This document shows positions 47,649 through 61,179 of a DNA stretch of 61,179 nt, piece by piece. Under the pieces are notes generated by a model. It had not been told where the DNA came from and searched no databases. It saw nothing but the letters and a program-made list of their open reading frames with translations. The stretch lies in the NCBI GenBank assembly GCA_013115145.1, contig JAAPAO010000152.1, positions 1 through 61,179 on the forward strand. Direction: 5' to 3'. Both the position numbers and the translations under genes were made by a program. Position 1 is the stretch's first letter, and every line of letters begins with the position of its first letter. Origin of the DNA: Perkinsus chesapeaki ATCC PRA-425. Its lineage: Eukaryota > Protista > Perkinsozoa.

Positions 47649-50024
47649 ATGTACGAGCCGCATGCTCCATCTCGGCACGTCCAAGGGTCTCCAGACGCAT
47701 CTGTTAAGCGTCGATTGGATATCGGTAAATCACCGACTGCCGATGATGACTATCTCATAGTTGGCGACATAGAGATGCAGGACAAGTCAGAAGCCACTAA
47801 AAACGAGCCGGCATTTGATCCTAAACTCCTAGCGATGAATCCTATAGCAGTGACAGTTACCAGCATGAAAGCCCGAACGTGGAAGCTTTTGCGGAGCTAT
47901 CCGCTGGGGATGGTCAGGGCCATTGCCTTGGCCTTCGTGCTCCTGCTCTCTATTGCTATTTTAATCCGTTTTGGAAGGGATCTGCGTATGCGAGTAGGGC
48001 CTTATGACCCTGTATACAAGGTTGTATTGGACGCGGGCTCTACTGGCACTAGAGTACATGTTTTCAAATTCCGTCGACGTACCGGTGAGGAGGATCTCTT
48101 ACTGGAACGGACATCCAATCCTGAGATGACGTTTTTCCGGAAGGTCGACGGCGGACTGTCCCTATATAAGAACAACCCTGAAGAGGCCAGGTACTGCGAC
48201 TGCTGTAGTTGATGATTAGCTGTTATTAGGAGGGGACTGCAGTGGCTGTTGGAAGAGGCTGCATCAGGTGTACCGGAGGCAGTAGGAGCTCAGGCATTGC
48301 TGTTAGCAACAGCAGGGCTCAGGCTTATTCCTAGAGAATCAGCAGAAGAACTGCTCCAGGTACTACGGGGGGATGGTGACCCTATAGGGATTCAGTTCAG
48401 TGAAGTGAACTTTGACATTTATTGTCGCTTCCTCTGCGATTTCCTACGCCTGTGTGTTGTTCATGTAGGGCATGATGGGTCCTAGTTTTTTTCGTTACAA
48501 ATCACCTGATGCTCATTCGTCAATAGGCAGGGCAATGCATAATATGGTCCGCTCCATCACATCCTCGAGGCGAGTGAGAACAGTAGGGCATGTTCGAGAC
48601 TGAACGCCCGCCGAACTCTGTTTATCGCCCACGTCGATTCCTGGTCAAACATGTTACATTGCCACTTGGACTGTATTACCAAAGACCGATAAACTGAAAT
48701 CAAACACTGACGTAACAAACCGTCGTTATCGCGATTGTTTCTCGGCGTCATGGTCTCCGACGAAATTCTTGTACCAGGTGTCTCGAAGTGTCATCCGGGA
48801 GAGTCCCTTTACCTTGGTACGAGATGACGATGTGGCCATACTGGACGGATCCGATGAAGGCCTTTATATGTGGAGAAGTGTTGACTTTAGCTATGGTCGT
48901 GATACCAATATCACCACGAAGCCCAGCGCTGTGGTGGACCTAGGTGGAGGGAGCGTTCAACTGGCGTACAGGTTGCATGAGGGACCTGAGGTAGTGATGA
49001 GAGCGGGCATTAGGGGCGGTGTATTAACAGACTCCTCTTTGGCTGCAGGTATCACCATCTGTGGAGGCTAAATTCTCGGAATATTTACGGCCGGTCCACT
49101 CGACGGGATTGTTTTCTACTCCATCAAGATTGAGAATTAGGGACTACTTCCTGGCATCGGCTGCAGACACTTCTACAGTATCACCGCCGCATGGTCCATT
49201 GTATGTACACAGCTGGCTCGGCTATGGGTTAGAGGCAGCCCGCAAACGCATTCTAGAGGAGAACGTTAATGGTAGTATAGGGAGTGGGGGGTTGGGCGGC
49301 TTGTATTGAGTTAAGATTCGCGTAGTTAGCCGATTCCAGCCGCACAAACTCTGTGCCACGGAGCCGTCTTTTGGTTAATACCTGTTCGTCTTGGAAAATT
49401 GTATTTCCGACTCGCCTCAGCCAGCGTTATCTAGCAATATAGGACCACCACTGCCGACGGTGATGGTACATCGTTGGCCTGCCCTCAGGCACATCACCGT
49501 GCATCGTCCCATCCGACAGTTTACCCGAATTTTACGACTATGCCGGAGTACGGCTTTCGGTCCACTCGGATGATCGACCCTCAGCCACTCGATATGAAAG
49601 GTGTCTCGAAGTGGTTAGAGAAGCACTGGATCTGGACGAGGATTGTGGGGCGCGTGACGCTGCTGAGTGTGCGTTTGATGGTGCCTGGAGAGGTCCTATG
49701 GATCCTAGCAACTACACGTTTCGAGTATTTTCCTACGTATTTGACGTTGCCCGTGCCAACGGTCTAGTCCCTTCTGGGGCACACGAGATTGTCACTACGG
49801 TTGTAGATTTTCGCCGAGTCGCCCAGCAAAGGTGCTGGGATGCGACTGCTGGCAGCAGTCCGTGGGCCTGTTTGGATGCGGTATACGTGACGTCACTCCT
49901 CTCTGATGGGTTCGGCATCTCTGACACCGATCCCATCATAGCAGCGGAGCGCCTCACGTATGATGATAATCTTCTCTATGCAGCTTGGCCTTTGGGAGCC
50001 GCCCTTGAACGGCTGGAGAATTAG
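47649..50024 (+). CDS. GDA1/CD39-family nucleoside phosphatase (apyrase/NTPDase) with N-terminal TM
   Basis: Apyrase conserved regions VLDAGSTGTRVHVF, LATAGLRL, LDGSDEGLYMW, VDLGGGSVQL and WPLGAAL. Confidence 0.92.
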
Positions 50025-50609
50025 GTGTTGTTTTCGTTGTTAGTCTTGATTTGTACAGTGATAGTGTCAGAGTATGAAGCTCTGTCTGTCGTTACTTTTG
50101 TTTTATACGCATGGCTCCTTGTAAGGATGCCAATTCAGTTTACTATTAGTAATATTAACCTTCTTATCGTTATGCTACATTTGTCGAGTGTTGAGTTATC
50201 TCTGTTGTGAAGTAAGGGGTGTGATGATGGTCCTCCTCCTCTGTCAGTAGCCCTTCCTCCTCCTTTACTATGATAAGAAGGCCAGCTGCATCTCGTGGGG
50301 TGCATCGATCTAGTCCGATAGGGGTTATTAAAGTGAGTAGTGGGACGAAACATAGGGCTTGAAGGAGACTGTTGGGAATGCAAAGGCATAGCGAAAATCG
50401 ATAGTCTCTAACTGGGATAAGTGCTGGTGTACGATATATACTTGAGGATATTTTCTTCAAGGCAAATAATCGGTAGAGGAATATGCTTTAGACTTCACTG
50501 AGCCGGACTTGAGCAATTCAACTCGACATCGGGCTTTTTCTCGATTCCATGGATAGGATTCTACCAACATGTCGTAGCGAGGAACTAACGGCATGAGGTG
50601 TTGTATCAG

Positions 50610-51961
<1,352 letters not shown>

Positions 51962-52150
51962 GCCATTGGAGTCAATGTCGTTGTTGGCGCTGTTGTTGTT
52001 CATAGTCTACCAGTAAGGATTCGACTTGGCGGCCTTGTAACGTATCTTCTACCATCAAACCCGGTCTTGATTTGTTAATCATAACATTTGAGCACGTAAG
52101 GTCTTCGATGGGTTAGCAGCTCAAAGGAGCGCTAGACAGGGCACGTTGTA

Positions 52151-52347
52151 ATGGCATGCTCCATCCGAGCTGACTCAGCCTATCACCGACGCCAGATGGG
52201 AAGAGGTAAGTCTTATAGCCTTGTATACTTTATACAGTCAAAGTGGCAGATATGTCCTCTTCGGAGGTGACCCTTCTGAAAGCTCTCTAACACCTGTGGT
52301 CTATGCCTTAACTGAGACTTACATGCCTGGCCGATGGATGTGGTACA
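52151..52347 (+). pseudogene. Truncated, frameshifted duplicate of the 5' end of the kelch gene
   Basis: Matches 54384-54626 except for a 46-nt deletion and two substitutions. Confidence 0.85.
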
Positions 52348-52754
52348 GCTACTTGTAAGGAGAAGATATACCACTTTTTGGCCTGGCACTGATCTAGGGT
52401 TAGATTCTAAGGGCTCATACACAGTCGTACAATATCGCGGAATGACCTTTCGGTTCCAGTAGTGATCTGCATGCACTCTGTAAGTGACCGAAATTCACGT
52501 TCTCTGAAAAGTAATTATGGTTCTGTGGTATTCAGCACTCCAATTTCAGTGACACCAGTCACTGGTATCTCAACTCATCATGAGTTACCCATGTACCAAT
52601 TGACTGACGCAATCACAATAGGTCAGAAAACCGAAAGCACTCCTGAAGAAGTGCGTAGATTGTGGTTACCAAATGTTGTTGGTTGTAGTTTCTATAGTGT
52701 GCAGAAAAAATGCACAGATAGAATGATACGACGCGCCCATCAGCATCAACAAGG

Positions 52755-52952
52755 CTACATGCCAGCCAAGCAATTGCAATAACACTGAGTGAGAGTTGTT
52801 TCGCATGCACACCTGTTGCGAGGATCCTCCTCACATTTATTGCAGAAGTCCCTCAATAACTGGCCAGATTCTCTGCATCCCCAAAATAGATTACCGTAGC
52901 AATAGAAATTGATGGTCGAAGCCAGAGACATAATGAAGTTGATGGCACGCAT
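52755..52952 (-). CDS. Candidate small secreted Cys-rich peptide (65 aa)
   Basis: MRAINFIMSLASTINFYCYG, then NLFWGCRESGQLLRDFCNKCEEDPRNRCACETTLTQCYCNCLAGM*. Confidence 0.4.
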   Translation of the reverse strand: MRAINFIMSLASTINFYCYGNLFWGCRESGQLLRDFCNKCEEDPRNRCACETTLTQCYCNCLAGM

Positions 52953-54383
52953 AGGAAATTGCGATATGAAAGTACGCTGGCAAGGGTACAACTTGGACCG
53001 TACAAGTTACCCGGGCGTGTGTTCGAGATGTACTTATGTTCATTGGAAAATAAGTACATCCCGATAGCTGAACTAACGCTTCTACGCCAACGAAGCCCTG
53101 TGAAGCGGAACCCGTTGCCCTAACCGGTGAACTTGTTCATACCAGCATGGGTGGTGCAGGTGTGTCCGCTGGAAACTTCTCGGCGCTCGCCCTCTCCTTC
53201 GACAGTTTGTCCCATTTGGGACAGTCTGTCCCGGACAAGGTACGCTTTTCATGGATCGTAATAGTACAGTCAAGTTCATTGTTGTTAACTTTGATGCTGT
53301 GCAGTAAGGCATGCGCAGAACTAAACTCCAGCTTATGTGTAGAGCGTGTGGATCTGGCATGGCGATGCTACCACACCGTGCGATAGTCTCGCCGCGCAGG
53401 GCACTAAGGGACTCAAAATTGAGTCTCGGGTCACTTCACCGCAATTCGTCGGAGACTTCGTTTCGGAGTGTAGTGAAGTGCATATCCTTATTACGAGTAG
53501 CTGCTGTATGACGCAAGAGGCTGAGGAATGACATCTATGACGAGAAGTTGTGCCAATTATCATCGTGATTCAACACCGCTGACACCATGCCTGAAGCCAA
53601 GCCGGTGGCGTGTACTCCAGACTGACGTGTTGGGCCGGCACCAAGAAATATCATTCAGTATATTTTTTGTGGACACTAACGATGGCGACGGTGTGGTCTT
53701 TATCATCCTTGACTCTGGCTCTCAGAACTAGGAAGTCGTTCCGGTCAGGACTAATGTGCTTTGTTAGATGAAGGCCAACAGACTTATGGCAGAAGGGACA
53801 CGGCAGTAGAGACACGTCGGTTCTATCTCGTCAAGTTAATATTTGCCTGCTAAAACTAAGCTCCGTTCGCTAAATGGACTCTGAGACTCTGGTCGACCCA
53901 CTCAATTACACTCGAGTTTCCTGTTAACCTATCAGCTGAACCTTGCCACAACTTATCCTTCTGTTACTTGTCTTCCCCACCATTCCTTGGTGCACAATTA
54001 CAACTTGAAGCGAATACACGGCGAACTGCCTGTTACTCGTCCGCTCCCTGCTGCACTACAGCAACGATGAGAACTCGAAAAACGGATCACTTTGATATGT
54101 ATGTGTTTAACCACGTGGACCATCTGGAGCATACTGTCCTACGAGGTCGACCGTATCCTTTGATAAGGGCACAAGGTGCGGTGAACACTCACGAGTGTGA
54201 GGGTACGAGTAGGTGGATGTGTGGTTCCGGTCTATTTTAGATAATGTACGGCGCTATCTCCCAGTTCTTCTCGAATTTCGTTTAATGCGCTGACGTGCCG
54301 ATTTTATTAATCATCAAACCTGAACACATAAGGTCGATAATCAACTGATGGTTGTATAGTTTTAGTGAACGACGCTTTTCGCT

Positions 54384-56880
54384 ATGGCATGCTCCATCCG
54401 AGCTGACTCAGTAACAGGAGTGACAGGCCATTCGCCTTCAATTAGGAACGGGGCAAGCCTATCACCGACGCCAGATGGGAAGAGGTAAGTCTTATAGCCT
54501 TGTATACTTTATACAGTCAAAGTGGCAGATATGTCCTTTTCGGAGGTGACCCTTCTGAAAGCTCTCTAACACCTGTGGTCTATGCCTTAACTGAGACTTA
54601 CATGCCAGGCCGATGGATGTGGTACAATCACTTAGCTTTAAGATACGTCTATGCGTTCTGCTAGGAAAACTTTACCGACCGAAGAGAGCAGAGGATCATC
54701 GAAGCCGCCTCCAGTGGCATTCGCTTCATCCCTTGTTTTCGAGACCAGTAGCAAGGAGCTCTACTTGATTGTCCACGGTGGCATCGGCTACGACAGGGTA
54801 TCTACTGCAGGTAGACCACCAACGTCCGACTAGCGTACTGCTGCTGCTGCTTTTCAGGTACCTTCGCGTTTGACTTGCAAAAGCCAAGGTGGCGTAGATT
54901 ATTTTTCGCTCACGGTTGTCCCCCGCCTAGGGATAGTGCGGGGTTGTGTACTTCCCCAGTCCGAAGTCATGAGCTGTTACTCTTTGGAGGGATAAGTGAG
55001 GCTCTGCTGTCTAGGTGTCGTATTCCCAAGTAAGCCTTGCCAGGCAACCCTGAGAAGCTTCGACTATGTGACATGTGGAGTTTAGACCTATCCGACGCTG
55101 ACTGGGACTATGATTCCCTCCCTAGCCAGAATAGTACTATACGAGGTGCTATGTGGAGGAAGGTTAGAAGAAGGGATGAGTAAGTTATCATCGAGAGAGC
55201 GTTGTCAGCTCCTAGCTTTTATTTTCAGATCAGCTATCCGCCCCTCACCGCGAGACAAATTCGCTATGTCATCGCATGACCCATCAGGATCCGTGTTTGT
55301 TTTTGGTGGAGGCACCGGTAAGGCCAGAAGTGGGGATGATTCTCTTCGCTGTCTTAAGAGCCGAGCGGTATGGAACTTATCATTTAGGGGTCGAATGGAG
55401 TACTTCACTCTCGAATGAGTTATGGAGATTGGATGCTACAAGATTCACATGGGAGATCGTCACCGCCAAAGGGTAAAGGGCTTTGTTATGTGAGGCACAC
55501 TCCCAACACGCCTCAGGGCAGCCCCTCCACCCTGTCAAGGTGACGGCAGTTCGTCGTGGTTGTGGAGCATCGGTGACTTTGATCTACTGCTTCTACCCAA
55601 GGATACGCCTTCACTATATGCTATCAACCTAGAAGACAACTATTGGTCATGACGCTCTTCTAGAGAAAGCGCAAAGCCCTCCTGTGACGGTTTTCGTGTT
55701 AGGTACCGAGTGTTGGTCTCTGGTGACATTTGCCGCAACCTTTCACAAATTGATGCTTTGTGGGCTATCTCCCCATGTATCAGGGGCCGTGGGATCATGC
55801 TGCATGGCAACAACGCGGTGGTATCAATAGTAGTGGAAAACGGGAATGACGGCACCCAGTGGACAACTTCTACTGTAAGGCTACTTCGTCTAGGTCACTG
55901 TGGGTTCTGTATAAAGTGAATCAATATGGGCACGAGCGGTCCAGCTGGTTGTCCAGCCGGCATTGTGTAACAGCTTGTTCAGAAACGTCCTGCTGTGCCC
56001 GAGGAGCCTATCATGCTTCGGGACGCTGAAGAGCTGGTGATGAAGTCCAGAAAAGCTATTTTGGCACTTGAAGAGAACGTCGCTGCTATAGGCACGGCAA
56101 AACGAAGACTTCTTAATGAACTGGAACAGATGCGGTGAGAAAGGGAGTGCAAAATTTTCCCGAAGATCTATGACTCCGGATGGCATCGAGACGTATATCT
56201 TGAGCCGTCTCAGTGGTCAAGCTGGTATTGATGAAGAGCTCATAAGGGAAGGACAAGGTCGCATTAAACAGCTCCAAGCGAGGATTGAAGATCTGGAGGC
56301 CCAGTTGAAGGGCGGGCAACATCGGGAGCAAGAGCATAAGAAGCGAGGTTATCGGCGCGAATTTCATAACAAAAAATGTCGTCTTTGCAGTAAGATGCTA
56401 TGATAAGCTAGATGGCACCCTCCGAAAACTCTTTGAAGCAGCATCGAGTACTATCAATCTCCTACCAATCTGGGTTCTCTTTACGCCAGCTTGTAGGTGG
56501 GAAGTGGGACAAGGTCAAAAGCATCGTATTCGAAGCTGAAAAGATATTCAACTCATTGTCGAATCCGGCATCGGTAGCTAACCAGTGTCTCAGCCTTTCG
56601 TAGAGCTTCAGATGTCCCAGGCCGGGACATCGAGGGCTCGATCAAGATCACCACAGAGAACACCGACTGCGAAGAGAAAGCCTGGCAAGCATATTGGGTC
56701 ATGAGTGTTGAGGTCTCGAGAGATAACACTGGAGTTGTGTTTCTTGGATATGGCGATGAAAGTTCTAGTCGTTTGAAGTTTCGTGTGGGATATTCCACCG
56801 AAACTAACTTTTTAGTACAAAACGAAACTGCCTCGTCACACGGACTCAGACAACTAGATACTTCACTACACGACGTGTAA
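54384..56880 (+). CDS. Kelch-repeat protein, multi-exon; 3' end approximate
   Basis: Kelch units PSIRNGASL...YVLFGG, LIVHGG, PPPRDSAGL...LLLFGG...DMWSLDL and PSPRDKFAM...VFVFGG...NELWRLD. Confidence 0.75.
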
Positions 56881-57167
56881 TAGACGATCCTCGCGAGCTG
56901 CAATAGACAAATGTGACACGAGCGCGGGAGTTAGTTGACGTCACTAAGGAATCGATCGAATGACACTGTGTCATTGACACCATAGCATGCATGCTTTGAC
57001 GTAAAGCTGCTCATTTATTGAACGGTCAAGGTTTGTTATAAACAAGAATATCGTTTTTGCGTTTTGTTAAAGGGTTGGATTTATAGAAGGGCAAATACTA
57101 CCAGGGACAGTCATCGTGCATAAGGATGTAACAATCTTATCTCGAGCGATTACGAGATTGCACAGAA

Positions 57168-57249
57168 CGACAGCGGCAGGATTCGAACCTGCGCAGGCAG
57201 AGCCTAGTGGATTTCGAGTCCACCTCCTTAACCACTCGGACACGCTGTC
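57168..57249 (-). tRNA. trnS-CGA: tRNA-Ser(CGA)
   Basis: GACAGCGTGTCCGAGTGGTTAAGGAGGTGGACTCGAAATCCACTAGGCTCTGCCTGCGCAGGTTCGAATCCTGCCGCTGTCG: full cloverleaf, long variable arm, G discriminator. Confidence 0.97.
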
Positions 57250-57621
57250 GTTAGCTCCATTGTTCCCCCATTCAGAACGTCCTGTATAGACGTAGTTTGT
57301 TGTCGCACATGGGAGAAGTCTTCAGCACAGATAGCAAGTCGCTGAGCTCTCCAGGATTCCTGGCCCCAGAGCGATCTAAATCGAGAAGGAAGAAACGGCA
57401 CTCAGTATCTAAGCGGTGAGTTGCCATTGGAACTGGAACTGGGAAACTTTCATATTATGCAACTAATGGGATCCGCTTCCTATAACGGCTCATTTATAGT
57501 GGATCGATTGAATCGATCCCCGTGGAATGAAACAACTCATTTCAGAGCGTCCTCATCCAGTAACACCCTCCCCGAAAGACGTAGATATCGTAATTCTTCC
57601 AAGGGCGTGGAATCATTGTCC

Positions 57622-59624
57622 ATGAGTAAGCCTCGCAAGCATGCTGCTGCTCGAAGCCAAAACGTTTCAGCTGCCTACCTGAGCATGAGATCGCCCAACT
57701 CACGACGTGGTGACAACTCCGCACCGACACGCGAGTTCTGGGAAGCACTTGAAGCATCAGAAACGGATTCGCAACGACGTACTCCGTCGAACCAGATTAT
57801 TCACCTAGATCGATGCTCGATCATTAGGGCGATGGCACGATGTGGTTAAGCGATCTCCAAGTGGGAGGATCTCAGACGAGGATCCTGATAGGCTGGAGAA
57901 ACTCATTGTTAGAAAAGGAGTTCCTTTAGAGTAACAATAGGCCAAGAAGCGATTTCGTTAGTTAAACAGTGTTCCGCAAACGTTAATTGTTCCAGGTATA
58001 GACAGCTTCTTTGGTGTGGCAACTCGATGGATGGGAATGAGGATTTAGAGAATATGTCCTTACCTAAAGAGCGGGTCCTTGAAAGCTGCTGGAAGCAGAT
58101 AGACATGGACACACCCAGGACGCCGTATCTCACAGCTGCGACACGAGACAGGTAACCAAAGTGGTCCACTGATGGCCACGAGAATCAGTCTGTGATCGGA
58201 GGATCGGCATCACGCCACCGAATTCCCCATATAATACATAGACGGCCACGGCTGCTCAAGATTGAAATGAGACAGTTCGGCCGGTGATTCATCTTCACTG
58301 CACCTATCGGGTTGTATAGCCTAACCCTACCAGCTGAGGCGACATTCAAGACCTTCGGTTACTAGCGTCTCTCCATGTCAGGTTACAGCGGGTGTTGAGA
58401 TATTTTTCTGCTTTTGCGAGTCCACAAAGCGGCTATTGTCAGGGCATGAATTTCGTCGCTGCGGTTCCACTTTCAATTGGTAAGTAGTAACGTAGCTTGG
58501 AAGATTCTACACCACTTCAGGGTTGAGTGAGAAGTGCACGCTCGGAATCCTAAAGAAGCTCATAGTCGACCCCGCTGGCATACTTTATGGAATGTATGAT
58601 CCGGATCTCACCGGCTTACACCAGGAAGTGGATAACCTGGAAATGGTGCTCACCATCTATGGCCTCCGAATCATACTTGTGCCTCGTCAGGCGGTCTCTT
58701 TATGCTATCCGCATCTTCTTCAACGGCTTGGATCATCAGCTGACTTCGCGTCATTCGCAGTTGACTCGTGGCTAACACTTTTCGCTTCGAGACTGCCATA
58801 CCACGCAATTCTGAGATACTGGGATTACGTAAGTTTTTTCTGTTGGCTTCGTCCCTGCTGAGCCCGGCGAATGTATCGTCTTGTTAGATCCTTGCATTTC
58901 ATACCGACCGCTCGCTAGTGCGATCTATAATCATAGCCCAGATGCTGTACTTACTCCCAGAGTCGGAACATTCTGCGTGGGATGATCATGAGCACGTCGC
59001 TCTTGGACAGTACTTGGCGCTTCCCTAGTTTATCTGCAGTCTTGCTGAACCAGATACAGAGACCGCCTCGCTAGCCTGGTTAAAAGTGATGTTGATGCTA
59101 TACTCGAGCTATCAATGAAAGTCAGGGCAGAACTTGCAAAGGTGTGCCAGGGAGTTCCTCACAGAACGTTTGGACTCCAAGTTTTGGAGTGATCGCTGAT
59201 CACTGATATGTTAGGGGTGTATTCTTGTGCATCCCTCCTAGGTTAAGGCCCGTAAACCACGAGGGAATGGGAGGTATAATCGCAGTGAGGAAACCAAGGT
59301 GAGTTCCCAGCTTGGTCTCTTGAAAGTTGAAGGGATCTGGTGCCGTTTGTTCTTCAAATAAAGGATGCGTTTTCGTGCCTACCCAGCCGGTCTCACCTAC
59401 CTGATCGAAGTTAAAACAGTGTTTCATTTCAGTACGAAGCAGTCATGATTATACTGGAGAATGAGCTATCTGATGACGATCACTTAAAGGCTGCGCTGCA
59501 TTACTTTTTGGAGGGGAACTCTGGGGGGAAAGATCTTCTTGGCATCCTACAACGGGTTGACAGTGCAGACCACGAAGATGCTACTGATACAGTGAGCTAC
59601 TTCCTGAGTAGGGGATCCCAATAA
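57622..59624 (+). CDS. TBC-domain Rab GTPase-activating protein; ends approximate
   Basis: QIDMDTPRT (IxxDxxR), GYCQGMNFVAA, WLTLFASRLP and ILRYWDY. Confidence 0.78.
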
Positions 59625-59653
59625 CCGATCTTCTTGAACAGGTCGGCGAAATT

Positions 59654-60281
59654 ATGGGAGATGATTCAAGTATAAACAGCGGTGAGTTCTTGGGCGCTCA
59701 GTGAGGCACTCTACCTTTTATCCCATAGATTTGCCGCACTCCTCGAGCTCTGGAACCGCGTCAAGGATGCCGCATTCCCCCGCTGTTGATCTGGCACAAG
59801 CTTACATCGAAGTAGTCCAGTGGCGAAGTCAACAGAGAATTGATCAGATCCTCCACTCTGAAAAGAAGTATGTAGGGTGTCTACAGTAGACATCCGATGT
59901 CGATTCGACATTATCGGTTCGACACGATCCACTGGATCGGATCCAAGGCGTGCTTCTTGTTCAACAGTAGTGAAACGTAGCAACATTCTATGGCGAGCTG
60001 TTATTTTTGAAACTTTCACTTCAACTCGAAACGTTCAAGTTGCTTTTTCATTCATTATGATAGTAGTCCTAGTCGCGCTTCGCGCACAATGAGTGGCGAT
60101 TATCAGGTCCATAGAAGTTTTGCAAGACCTCGTGGACTATGTTATCGAATGCTCTGATAGCTTTCGAGCGAGTGGAGTACTGGTGGACCTTTTTCTCGAG
60201 CACGATACCGATTTCATGGCCTTCATCGCGGATCCTAAAGGTGCCTTCCTACTAGAAGATTCGTATCATAATTCTCGCTGA
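59654..60281 (+). CDS. Hypothetical protein, multi-exon
   Basis: ATG exon joined by a GT-AG intron to open segments 59701-59889 and 60093-60281. No recognisable family. Confidence 0.3.
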
Positions 60282-61179
60282 TTCGGCTACAGTTCTTAAA
60301 CTTCGATCACAGTTTATGGCTCGAATCCAATAGAGCACGTTATGACAGTTGTTTGTCAGATTTGCAAGAATTACTGCAATGCGTTTCACGCATATCATCA
60401 TCTGAAGAACCTACGAATGGAAAGGGTCCCGACCAACATTTCGATCCCGTCGCTGTATCCCAGACCATTCTGAGCCAATCGGGAGGGCTCTCCCTTCACG
60501 GCCTTCTGGATTGGTGAGGCAGATTCAGAATCGGTCCCCTGCTTGCTGAGTGCACTTTTCTTGATAGGTTTTACGTCAATCGGTTGAGTGTCTCACCTTT
60601 GCAAATAAGCTCTAACATATTTTCTTCCAAACTACTGCGGCGGCGTTCAGCGCTCGTGTTAAGCCGATGTAAAGACTTTAGTCGTTTTCGGCTACGGGAT
60701 CGCATCGACAGGTAGACGACGCTTCACTTACCCAATACATTACATGTTGTCAACATGTGACCAACATGACGTTGATCAGGTACGCTGCAGCGGCTTTTTC
60801 GCTGCGACGCTGGTTGGCCTTGGAGCTACTTGCTGGCACCAAGATCGATCTCACTCGTTTATGTCTATGAAAATTCCCCGTCATGGGGACCCCATGATGA
60901 GTTTTGTGTGTTAGCGTGGTTACATGTGCCACAAGTCTGACTGGCTAATGCTGTATATATATTCGTTTTGCGTTACGAGCATGTAACTTAAATGTGTAGC
61001 GAGTCAAAGTTAAGAGCAGAATCGCGGACTACATATGCCTGCAAAAATTCAATCTGCGCACTCCGGGCTACACGCGTGCACACATCATGCGCACGCGTGC
61101 ACGGTGGTGTCCCGACAGCGGTCCCTAGTATCCTCAGTCTCAGATGCTAGTGCATTATTAGATTGTCAGTCGCGGGTTC

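Noticed and set aside
52170-52185. Precise intron loss explaining the 46-nt deletion
   Set aside because: The deleted segment is coding (kelch PSIRNGASL) in the intact copy; removing GT..AG would not give the observed junction, and the next intron is retained.

Overview
Eukaryotic nuclear DNA. By inference it is from a Perkinsus-like alveolate parasite, based on dense genes, many ~40-55 nt GT-AG introns and the gene families present; no database check was possible. A + strand subtilisin-like gene is followed by about 11 consecutive - strand genes (2.6-26.3 kb): Rad21/Rec8 kleisin, PIG-U, LIM protein, L/F-transferase-like, cytochrome b5-fused desaturase, hypotheticals, importin-beta, a large sushi/CCP surface protein and V-ATPase subunit c. 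An AT-rich divergent gap follows, then about 11 + strand genes (29-60 kb): WD40, ankyrin, RING-PHD, CDKL kinase, apyrase, DIM1, kelch, TBC and others, plus one tRNA-Ser(CGA). Strongest leads: (1) a subtilisin with intact Asp/His/Asn but catalytic Ser replaced by Cys, in a context resembling engineered peptide ligases; (2) a ~2 kb block with a strong CTA-over-CCA excess and a sharp edge, suggesting context-specific C-to-T hypermutation; (3) a probable GPI-anchored multi-CCP protein carrying mucin and His-rich repeats inside its last module; (4) an intronic array of 29-bp units, each with a perfect 18-bp palindrome; (5) a small 8-Cys secreted-peptide candidate. Exon boundaries and counts were derived by hand, so multi-exon coordinates are gene spans and some ends are approximate.
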